Source: Neovahlkampfia damariscottae
Taxonomy: Eukaryota
Length of the DNA: 20,000 bases
Assembly (NCBI GenBank): GCA_016618085.1
Contig: JABLTG010000034.1
Location: 113,034-133,033, forward strand
Direction of reading: 5' to 3'
Shown: positions 11,548 through 19,900 of the stretch, in pieces
How the letters are laid out: each line of letters opens with the position of its first letter
Position numbering within the stretch: the stretch's first letter is position 1
The notes under the pieces: model-generated
Told to the model about the DNA's origin: nothing
Database searches by the model: none
The model's input: the letters and a program-made list of their open reading frames with translations, nothing else
Position numbers and translations under genes: made by a program

Positions 11548-12921
11548 TTAAAAGAAATTCTTTTTCATTGCTTTTTTTTTTGAATTTTCATAAGTCGCTG
11601 TTGATGAAAATAATTCAACATTTGTTGCTCTTTGATTTTTTTGTGCATGGGAATAATTATTCATCCATTTTGATCCTTCATTCATATACACTGTTTTATT
11701 TTCTAATTTTGTCAATAATTTATTCAAATCAAGGATTAAACTTTTGGTGAATTCTTCATTTGAAGAGATTGATTCTTTCAATTTTGAAATCATGGATTTT
11801 AATATTTCTCTGGCTTCTTCTAATTTACCACAATCTGCTAATTTTGTTGCATTCTCCAATGCATCTCCAGTTTCAATCCTGTTTCTTTGTTTGTCCAACT
11901 CAACATTTGGTTTATTTGATCCTTCTATTTTTGATGGTCTTTTTAAGAATCCCTCTACATTTGTTTTTTGAATGGATTTGTCAATTACATTGAAATAAGA
12001 TAAATTGAAGTCAATAACACTGGAAATATCCACAGATTCTTTGAGTTTTGGTAAATTCAATACAAACACCAAATCTCTGAATTCTTCAGAATAGATATCT
12101 CCAATAGAAAGTTCACAACTAGTTTTATCATCATTAAATTTTGATTGATATGATGTAATTGATTTTTTGATTGATACTCCATTTTTTGTTTTTAGGTTTA
12201 CTTTGATGTTTTGTGCAACAATAGATAACAATCCACCTAGACAATCAGCAAAACATTTTGGAATTTCATCTTCTTTTCCAACATAATAATATAATCCTTC
12301 ACTTGCATCTGAAATTGATTTTAACATATTTGCATCATGATCATTGCCAAAACCAAATGTATAAATAGGACAAGGTCCATTGAGTTTTTCTCTTTGTTTT
12401 TGAATTGCACTAACAAATTCATTCGTTTGGGTTAATCCACGATTTGCTAATCCATCAGTAAATAATAATATTGATGAAACTTTTGAATCATTTACTCTTC
12501 CTTCAATGATTGAGTAACCTTCCAATAATCCACCACTTAAATTTGTACTTGAGCCAACATTGATAGTTTTAATAGTTTTTATTGCTTTTTGTTTTCCTTC
12601 TTTATCCATTTTTGTTGTGTATAGTATTCCTTCAACATTTGTATCAAAAGTTACAATGGAAAGATGATCTTGTTCTTTCATTTGTTCTACCATGAATTCA
12701 AGAGAAGCTCTAACAAGTTTTATTTTTTCTCCAGACATTGATCCACTTTTATCAATCACACATACAACTTCAATTGGAGCACTTGATTTTCCATCAGTTT
12801 CTGGTTCATACAATGGTGCTTTGAGTGATGTCATCACATAGATATCCGAAGATTGGTTATTTGGTACTTGTTCATATTCGAACGTTATGCTTGAGGTAAG
12901 GTTTGTTGATTTGATTTTCAT
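11548..12921 (-). CDS. von Willebrand factor A (VWA) domain protein with a Vwaint/WAV3-like C-terminal helical region; intronless
   Basis: MIDAS motif VCVIDKSGSM, plus STNLSGGL, ILLFTDGLAN, IYTFGFGNDHDANML and FADCLGGLLSIVAQ. The C-terminal QRNRIETGDAL...SHAQKNQRAT is typical of this VWA subfamily. Confidence 0.9.
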   Translation of the reverse strand: MKIKSTNLTSSITFEYEQVPNNQSSDIYVMTSLKAPLYEPETDGKSSAPIEVVCVIDKSGSMSGEKIKLVRASLEFMVEQMKEQDHLSIVTFDTNVEGILYTTKMDKEGKQKAIKTIKTINVGSSTNLSGGLLEGYSIIEGRVNDSKVSSILLFTDGLANRGLTQTNEFVSAIQKQREKLNGPCPIYTFGFGNDHDANMLKSISDASEGLYYYVGKEDEIPKCFADCLGGLLSIVAQNIKVNLKTKNGVSIKKSITSYQSKFNDDKTSCELSIGDIYSEEFRDLVFVLNLPKLKESVDISSVIDFNLSYFNVIDKSIQKTNVEGFLKRPSKIEGSNKPNVELDKQRNRIETGDALENATKLADCGKLEEAREILKSMISKLKESISSNEEFTKSLILDLNKLLTKLENKTVYMNEGSKWMNNYSHAQKNQRATNVELFSSTATYENSKKKAMKKNFF

Positions 12922-13090
12922 TTGTTTGTGAAGAAGTTGAAAATTCTTCCATTTTTATTGGTTTAAAAAAACTAAAAATAAACCATCAAGTTATTTTTAG
13001 AACACAGTACTTCTTTTTGAATTCCCTCTTATTTTTTTGTTTTTGAAAGAAACGAATTTTCATTGGATATCCATTCCCCAACAAATCACC
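12922..13090. promoter_or_regulatory. Bidirectional promoter (VWA / EF-hand) with CCAAT boxes
   Basis: ATTGG at 12957-12961 and 13062-13066, between divergent starts 12921 and 13091. Confidence 0.5.
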
Positions 13091-13754
13091 ATGAGCTCAA
13101 AAACGACACATTGGGTAATAATCATTTTATTAAACCATAGAAATCAACTCAAGAACTTGAAAAGCACTTTGAAAAATTTATCACAATAATTGGAGAAAAA
13201 CCAGCATCAACTTTCTATCAAAACTGGAAAATCATCGGTAACAAAACAAAAAAACAATTCTAAAAGATAAGCTTCAACTTTGTTCACTCCTGAACATTTA
13301 ATTGAATCATCAAAAAAAGGAGATGAAGAATTAGCATCAATTCGAGCTGTCTTAAGCTTTATGGTAAAAAGAAAAAAAAAAACGAACAAATTTTAGGGTT
13401 ACAAAGTGACAGACGACATTGAAAAAGATTTATTTAACATCAGAGATTCTAATGAAGAAGTACATTTTGATTCAGATTTATTCTGTAAACATGTTTTTAA
13501 TAGTTTCGATCTTGATCACTCAAATTTCATTGATACAGATGAACTTTCAAGTAATTTTTTTTTACTTTTTAAAAATCCAAGACATGATGGAAAAGATGAA
13601 TTTGTTTGAAGATATCACAACTTCTGACGAAAAAAAAAAATCAAAAGAAGAACAAGTTAAAGGTTTATTCAAAGAAATGGATTTAACAAAGAATGGAAAA
13701 ATTGAATTAGGAGAATTTCAAGAGTGGTGGTGGAGTAGAGAAAAAAAACAATAA
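13091..13754 (+). CDS. EF-hand calcium-binding protein (two canonical EF loops), 5 exons
   Basis: ATG at 13091. Introns at 13115-13140, 13238-13271, 13364-13396 and 13551-13581 give a single frame. EF loops: DLDHSNFIDTDE and DLTKNGKIELGE. Confidence 0.8.
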
Positions 13755-13759
13755 ATTAT

Positions 13760-14356
13760 TTATTTTTTTTTTCCAATGAAACAAACCAAAGCACTTAGAC
13801 CATCATGTTTACCTTCTTTCATTTCAATTTCAAATTCTTTTAATTCAATAATTTCAAGACCTTTTATTTCTTCTTTTAATCCATCTTTTGTATACATATT
13901 TTCTGCAACTGGTGGACCTCCTGTTTTATACTCTAATTGTTTTGGTGTGTAACCTAACTGTAAGAAATATCCTTCTTTTTTCAATGCATTTGGTATTTGA
14001 GAGTGCATATATGCATGTTCTTTAATAGTTTGAGTGAATATTGAAACTATTAAATCAAATTTTTCTGCACCATATTGATACTTTAACATGTCTCCAAATT
14101 CAGAATGGTAATTGGTAATTTTTTTTTCTTTTGCAAATTGATTTGCTTGGTTAACAGCTACTTTTGAAAAATCAAATGCTGTTACATTGATTCCCAATGA
14201 CGCTAAGTATATACCATTTCTTCCTTGACCATCAGCAATAACTAAACAATCTTTTCCTTTAAAATTTGATTTTAAAAATTCTTCTTGATCTTTCAACCAG
14301 TAACATGGAGCTTCACCATAGAGTATTGTGTTTTCAAATTTTTCATCCCAATTCAT
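13760..14356 (-). CDS. Class I SAM-dependent methyltransferase, bacterial TehB/TPMT-related type; intronless
   Basis: Motif I CLVIADGQGRNGIYLA, motif II VTAFDFS, and FDLIVS. N-terminal WDEKF...YGEAP and C-terminal GYTPKQLEYKTGGPP...EGKHDG are characteristic of a widespread bacterial MTase subfamily. Confidence 0.85.
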   Translation of the reverse strand: MNWDEKFENTILYGEAPCYWLKDQEEFLKSNFKGKDCLVIADGQGRNGIYLASLGINVTAFDFSKVAVNQANQFAKEKKITNYHSEFGDMLKYQYGAEKFDLIVSIFTQTIKEHAYMHSQIPNALKKEGYFLQLGYTPKQLEYKTGGPPVAENMYTKDGLKEEIKGLEIIELKEFEIEMKEGKHDGLSALVCFIGKKK

Positions 14357-14522
14357 CCTTTGTCAGTTTGTGTGTTATTCTGGTTGTCCAATCGGAATTG
14401 ATGAACTCCGGTGGTATAAACAAGAAGGTGAAAATTATTGAAATCCAAAATGATTTTATTTTGCAAATGCATTTTTTTCTTTTTCAACATCAATCTTGAA
14501 AGTTTTGACCTATCAAATTTTA

Positions 14523-15098
14523 ATGATTCAACAATTACCAACGTTGCTTCATCAACTACAGAGTTTTCTTTGTTGTGGAACTGAAGATATAAAGAACGAT
14601 AGAAATTCATTATTAAATGATAAAAAAGAAAGAGAAAATCATTTAGAACTTGGAACTTTTCAAGATTTAGATGAAATGTCTGTAAGAACAATTTTCTTTA
14701 ATTTTTTTGGAAAGATCAATGTAGAGTTCACTGAAGAGGATTACAAAAATCAAAAAGAACTTGAAGAATTTTCAAAAAAAGAAATGGAAAAAAAGTTAAT
14801 CGAGAATGAAAAAAAAAATGTAAAAAATGAAAAAATAGAGCCAGAAATCAGTATCATCAAAGTTCCAAGTATGGACTCAATGGATGATATTCAATCTACA
14901 GATTCTTCTGATGAGGCAAAAAAATTACAAGAAGATTCTCCACCACCACCTTTAGAAGATTTTCAAAATAGAAAGGAAGAAAAGACTGAATCATTTGTTG
15001 ATTCTGATGTAATTTTAACACCTAATGGAGATTCTGATGATGAGGATGATGAACTTTTTCAAAGCATTTTAGAAACTTCAAAATTTGAAAAATTGTAA
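14523..15098 (+). CDS. Hypothetical acidic low-complexity protein with an N-terminal FLCCG di-cysteine motif
   Basis: Probable ATG at 14523 (MIQQLPTLLHQLQSFLCCG). A likely in-frame 33-nt intron lies at 14682-14714 (GTAAG...AAAG). The rest is E/K/D-rich and ends in TAA at 15096-15098. The start is uncertain. Confidence 0.6.
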   Translation: MIQQLPTLLHQLQSFLCCGTEDIKNDRNSLLNDKKERENHLELGTFQDLDEMSVRTIFFNFFGKINVEFTEEDYKNQKELEEFSKKEMEKKLIENEKKNVKNEKIEPEISIIKVPSMDSMDDIQSTDSSDEAKKLQEDSPPPPLEDFQNRKEEKTESFVDSDVILTPNGDSDDEDDELFQSILETSKFEKL

Positions 15099-15150
15099 AT
15101 TAAACTTTCATCGGGCTTTGTAATAAAAATCAAAAACAATTTAACAATAT

Positions 15151-16428
15151 TTATTGTTCTTCATTTTCTTTTAATTGTTCTGCCAATTCTTCCAATTGTT
15201 CTTTTGAAACAGATAAAACTTTTGATTCTTCTTTTGATGATTGATCCTTTATTTTCATTGCAATTCCTGCCGTTATTTGTAATGCCTTCATCCATAATTT
15301 ACATCTATCGAGTAATAGTCTACTTTCTAATTCAATTTTTGAACATTCTTCAATTAAGTCTTCAACATCAAATGGACCAACTTTTGAACTTATCCAAATT
15401 AAAATGTTGTCTTTAATTTTTTGTTTCTTTGAAGGAAGTAATTTATAGATATCAAATAATTGTTTTGAACTTAATTTTGAAAGTTCTTCATTCGAAAAAT
15501 TTGATAAAACTAATGAATCAATATGAGGATTTTTTTCAATTTCTTTGATTGAAAAATGGTCTTTTAAAAATTTGATAATTTCATAATTTTCTTTATTTTT
15601 CTTAAAATGATTGAAAAATTCTTCATTTCTTTCATTTGAAAAATTAATTTTGAAATCATCCAAAAGTTCATTGATCAATTTGTTATCTGCTTTTCCAAGG
15701 TACAGAAAATCGATGAATGAAATAAAATTGTCAATTTCATTTATTTCAAGGTTGATTTCATTTTTACCTTGAAATAAATCACAAAATTTTGGTGAAATTG
15801 ATAAAATTGACTTGTGCAAAGGCATTTCAATTTCATTGTTAATTTTTACCAAAATGTCTGATTCAATTTTGGTTTCACTAAAATTAATCTCTTCAGTTTT
15901 ATTGAGTATTTTAATCTTAATGACTTCATTAAACATTCTTTTAACAGTAATATCATTTTTTGTCATCAAATAATAATCAAAATATTCCAAACTCTTTTTC
16001 AGAGATTTTAAATTCGAATGTAAATCTAATAATCTTTTTTCTGAATTCTTATCATCTAAAAATAAATCCATTTTATTACCAATCACAAAAATCAAAGAAT
16101 TTTTGGGAATGAACTTTTTATAATTTTTTAAATTTTTAAATGATTCTTGTGATGTTAAATCAAAGAAAATCAAAAAAATAGAATTTTCATTTTTTTCAAA
16201 TTCTTTTTTTAATTCAATAGTGCCATTAAAATCAAAAAAAGTGAGTGAAACAATTAAAGAGGAGGAGAATGGTAATTGACAACGATACACTTCAATTGGA
16301 TTTTTTTCTACTTCTTTGTTGAGTTTATATTGAAAGAAATTTGAAAGAATTGTTGATTTTCCAACGTTTTGGTCTCCTAGTAAATAAATATCAACTTTTA
16401 AATTGTTTGTTTCTTCCTGTTCAGTCAT
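15151..16428 (-). CDS. Ras-superfamily GTPase-like domain fused to a BTB/POZ domain; intronless
   Basis: P-loop IYLLGDQNVGKST, degenerate G3 FFDFNG, FFDLTSQESF and G4 VIGNKMDL. A BTB-like segment follows: SDILVKINNEIEMPLHKSILSISPKFCDLF...FISFIDFLYLGK. Confidence 0.8.
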   Translation of the reverse strand: MTEQEETNNLKVDIYLLGDQNVGKSTILSNFFQYKLNKEVEKNPIEVYRCQLPFSSSLIVSLTFFDFNGTIELKKEFEKNENSIFLIFFDLTSQESFKNLKNYKKFIPKNSLIFVIGNKMDLFLDDKNSEKRLLDLHSNLKSLKKSLEYFDYYLMTKNDITVKRMFNEVIKIKILNKTEEINFSETKIESDILVKINNEIEMPLHKSILSISPKFCDLFQGKNEINLEINEIDNFISFIDFLYLGKADNKLINELLDDFKINFSNERNEEFFNHFKKNKENYEIIKFLKDHFSIKEIEKNPHIDSLVLSNFSNEELSKLSSKQLFDIYKLLPSKKQKIKDNILIWISSKVGPFDVEDLIEECSKIELESRLLLDRCKLWMKALQITAGIAMKIKDQSSKEESKVLSVSKEQLEELAEQLKENEEQ

Positions 16429-16594
16429 TGTTAGGAGGTTATTTCATTGGTCTATTTTTTTGATGGATTTCTTTTAACATTTAGTTATTCATCTTTTGAT
16501 GAAAATCTTTTTTTTTTTTCTTGAATCCCATTCCAATTGACTTGACCAATCATTTCGTTTTGCTTCTCCATCACCAAAAACGAATTGTGCACTC
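16429..16594. promoter_or_regulatory. Bidirectional promoter (GTPase-BTB / hypothetical) with CCAAT boxes
   Basis: ATTGG at 16446-16450, CCAAT at 16533-16537 and 16546-16550, between divergent starts. Confidence 0.5.
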
Positions 16595-17268
16595 ATGTCT
16601 GATTTATTTTTAGGCTCTTTACCTGAATCTTCTTTATCATCTCAAAGTGATGATCAAGACTCAAAAGGTTTCGAAAAAAATTTAGTGGATAAGAAATGGT
16701 TTCTGGATTTTGGTGTTCCTTTTTTTAAACAAAAAGAGTTAATTTTAACAAAGTTGCAACCAACAACTACAAATATCCAAAGTATTTGTTTTCGATTCGA
16801 TGGTACTGTGCAACATGAAAATAAAAATGTTGAGGTTTGAAAAAAAAAAAAAAAATAAAGAAAAAATAGATAGGACAAAAATATGGAAGTATAAAAGAAG
16901 GTGAATGGGTAATTTAAACATTTATTTAAAATTACATGATAAAAGGGTTATGAAGATAAACTCTTTCAAATTAAAGTAAAAAAGAAAGTAAAAACTAACA
17001 ACAAAAATTAGGCAAAAGGTACAGTGTGCATTGATTTAAAAGTAAAACAATTTACAAATGATCCAAACGACCCAAATTTTGGAGACAGAAAATTGATAGA
17101 AACAGAAGGTATTTTAAAAAAAAATTAAGCTCCAAAGTTGATGAATCTGTAGTAAAAAGGGAGTTTATTGGTTTTTGTACTTATTATGTTTTTGAATCAT
17201 CTGATTCAAGAGTAATTTTAAAAAGAAAAGGTGAACCATATTATAAAGAGAAAATTATTCAAGAATAA
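16595..17268 (+). CDS. Hypothetical protein, ~178 aa, 5 exons
   Basis: Introns at 16835-16869, 16909-16945, 16976-17011 and 17109-17137 give a continuous ORF (...HENKNVE/IGQKYGSIKEGEW/GYEDKLFQIK/AKGTVCIDLKVK...ETE/VDESVVKREFIGFCTYYVF...KIIQE*). I recognise no family. Confidence 0.7.
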
Positions 17269-17286
17269 ATTTTTTGTAAAAAATAT

Positions 17287-19537
17287 TTATCCATCAAATG
17301 AAAAGATATCAAATTCATCAACTTCTTCAATTTTCTTTTTTGTAATTTTCTTTTTTGTTGGTTTGCTGATTGATCTTTTCTTTACAAGTGATTTTTTTGA
17401 ATAAGATTCAGGTTGGGAAAATTCAAATGGATCAGAAACAGTTGTCTTTGATTTTGTTGTTGATTTTGTTGATTTTGGTGTTGATGAAGATTTTGGAGAA
17501 ATTGTTTGTGATTTTGATGTAGAAGAAGTTGGTGTTTTAACTTTTTTTGTTGTAGCTTTTGGAGGGGATTTAATTTTTGATCCTTTTAATTTTTGTGAAT
17601 CTGAATTGGATGCTTTCATCACTCTCTTTGTAGGTGTTACCTTTTTTGGTGAAATCATTTGTTCAATTTTCTTTTCTTCAGCTTTTTGAGTTCTCTTTTC
17701 TTTTTCAATTCTTATAGAGATTCTTTCATTTGGTTTTTTATTTTCTTTTTCTTTTTGAATTTTGATGATATTTTGATGAATTTGTTGTTTCTTTTCTTCA
17801 TATTCTTTTTGTAATTTTAATAATTCTTCATTTGTTTTTTGTTGATATTTTGATTCAAGAAGTTTTGTTCTTTTTTGTTTTTCTTGTTCAAAATTTTCAT
17901 TGAATTCTAGAATTGAATTATATCTTTGTTTCTTTTCTTCAATTTTTTTATTTTCTTTTTCAATTTTCTTTGATATTTCTTCATTCTTTAATTTCAATGA
18001 TTGTAATTCATCATCTCTTAATTTGATATCAGTTTCAAAATCATCAATCATTCCTCTTTTTTGTTTTAATTGTACATTTAATTTTTCAATTTCATTCTGA
18101 ATGTTCAATTTTTAATGATTCATCTTACTTTCATTTCTGAGATGTTTTTTGAAATTTCTTCTTTTCTTAATTTTTTTTTTGTATTTTCTTGACGATATTC
18201 TTGAATTTGTGAATCAAGATTTTCAATTTTATCTTTTTTTTCTTTCATTTTAGCATCAACTATTTCTTTTTCTTTATTGAATTCATTTTCAATTTTTCTA
18301 TTTTCTTCTTTTAAAGTTTCAAGAATACGAATATTTTTTGAGACTTCAATATTCAAATTTAACATATCTTTATCAATTTTTGTAATTTTTTCTTCTAAAC
18401 TTTTGTTGAAATTTGTTTTGTTTTGAATTTTTTTTTGTAATTCAAAAATCTCTTCATGTGAAATAGAAATTTCTTTTTCTTTTGATTCAACTTGTTTTGA
18501 TGATTTTTTATTCTTTTCAATTTCATTTTTCAAAAGATTTGATGATTTTTCAAATTCCACTTTCTTTTGTGAAAGTTCTTGATTTTTTTTATTAAAATAA
18601 ATTTCTAATGATTTTTTGATTTCATTTTCCTTTTTATTTAATTAACTGAAGAATTAAATTACAATCCATTTTTTATTTTCTTCAACTGATGATTTTTTAT
18701 ATTGAAAATCTTTTTCAAGGTCTAAAATAACTTGTTCTTCAAATTCTTGTTGTTTTCTTTGAATTTTTAATTTTTCTTTTTCTTTTGATAATTCTTCTGT
18801 CAATTTTTCATGATCAAATTTTAAATTTGTGACTTCTTCTGATAAATTTGACTTGAGAGAATCAATTTCATCTAATTTTGGTAAATTGGATTTTTATACC
18901 TGAATTTTGTTGTAATGTTTGAATTTTTGAAATCATTTCTAATTTTTGAGGTTCTAACTGTTTGTAATTTTCTTCGGATATCGAAATTAAAGAAATAACT
19001 TTGAAAAATATTAATTCCATTATTTCGAACTTTTTTCAATGTCTTGATGATGTACTGATATTTTTTGTTCTAATTCTTCAATTGAAACTTTAAGGAGATC
19101 AATTTTTTCAACTTCTTTTGCAGATTCTTCAAAATCTTTGCGAAAACTTTCTTCGACTGTATTTTTTTTAATTAAATATTTGAAAACGTTACGGTTCACT
19201 TTCTTTTTGATCTCTTCATCTAATTTTTGTTTTAAAGTTGCCGCAAGCGTCACCTGAGAACTTACTTCGAATTGAAGTGACGAAATTGAATCCATTTTTT
19301 CTTTTAAGGCAATTTTCGTCGCTTGAATATCGCAATTTAATTGATTTCCAGTTTCCAAATTGTCTTTACAAGCCATCATAGTCTTATTCAATTTTCTTTT
19401 CTAAAGTCGAAGTTTAAAAATTATGAGGATACAAGCAAGTCATCATTGGTTTTTGATTCCGTTTGGTTCTTCAAAATATCTTCAGTTGCGCTCAATACTG
19501 ATTTTTTTATGTCGTTGAAACTTGTTCTTTCTTCCAT
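17287..19537 (-). CDS. Long coiled-coil protein (~685 aa) with a basic S/T-P-rich C-terminal tail, 7 exons
   Basis: ATG at 19537 (MEERTSF). Introns at 19401-19432, 19157-19192 (in frame, less certain), 18999-19030, 18872-18899, 18630-18662 and 18097-18128 join four ORF-track fragments into one frame. The body is heptad-rich E/K/Q. The tail has SPKK/TPTK/SPPK/TPK motifs and ends DPFEF...DEFDIFSFDG. Confidence 0.75.
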
Positions 19538-19775
19538 TGCTAAAAATTGACCAATTAAGAATTTCCTCCTTTTTATTGGACTAAAAAAAAAAAAGAAAAC
19601 AAAATGATCTTGATAATTACACATACTTCTGGATTCGACACATTTAGCTTTCAGAGAAATTTCTTGGAATTGACATCTATATGATTTCTCCCAAGTGTTG
19701 TTAGTAGCAAAATACCACAATATCATACTCGTTTTCATTGTGATATTGTTGTTTCCATTCAAATGTGGAATTGAA

Positions 19776-19900
19776 TTCTCCATTTTTCCAATTTTCCGCT
19801 ATCTTAAAACTGACTTTTCTGTTCATTCTGATTAATCAAGGTTTCTTTCGGGATAGGACCGTCGCCAGCAGTGCTGGCAGTTTTTGGATTTCCAATAAAA
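19776..19900 (-). ncRNA. Putative omega-RNA (scaffold + guide) of the Fanzor/TnpB element
   Basis: Locally GC-richer and overlapping the ORF 3' end. It contains a GCCAGC-ACT-GCTGGC hairpin (19878-19864) and a CGG-TCCTATC-CCG stem-loop (19861-19849) whose loop CTATC can pair with GATAG (19803-19799). There is also a TGATTAATCA palindrome (19829-19838). Boundaries are inferred. Confidence 0.55.

Noticed and set aside
6708..16428. DCN1 and a BTB adaptor in the same window as a possible cullin-pathway cluster
   Set aside because: They are ~7.5 kb and five unrelated genes apart. There is no evidence of functional clustering.
19401..19432. Intron donor GTATCCTC resembling the U12 (minor spliceosome) 5' splice site
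   Set aside because: It deviates from GTATCCTTT, has no TCCTTAAC branch site, and its 32-nt length matches the ordinary introns here. Probably chance.
248..19550. Many short ORF-track entries antisense or frameshifted within real genes (e.g. 914-1231, 8258-8602, 9298-9555, 11744-11971, 14353-14691, 17900-18100)
   Set aside because: Shadow ORFs of E/K-rich coding sequence (poly-K/M/F/L products) with no recognisable motifs.
19538..19783. ORF-track N-terminal extension (MENSIPHL...FVFFFFFSP) of ORF 19421-19783
   Set aside because: It runs through a poly-T tract and the CCAAT pair at 19551/19575. The ATG at 19537 fits the promoter pattern better.
733..19806. Every reconstructed gene ends in TAA, suggesting possible stop-codon reassignment
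   Set aside because: No in-frame TAG or TGA remains in any gene once introns are removed. AT bias explains the TAA preference.
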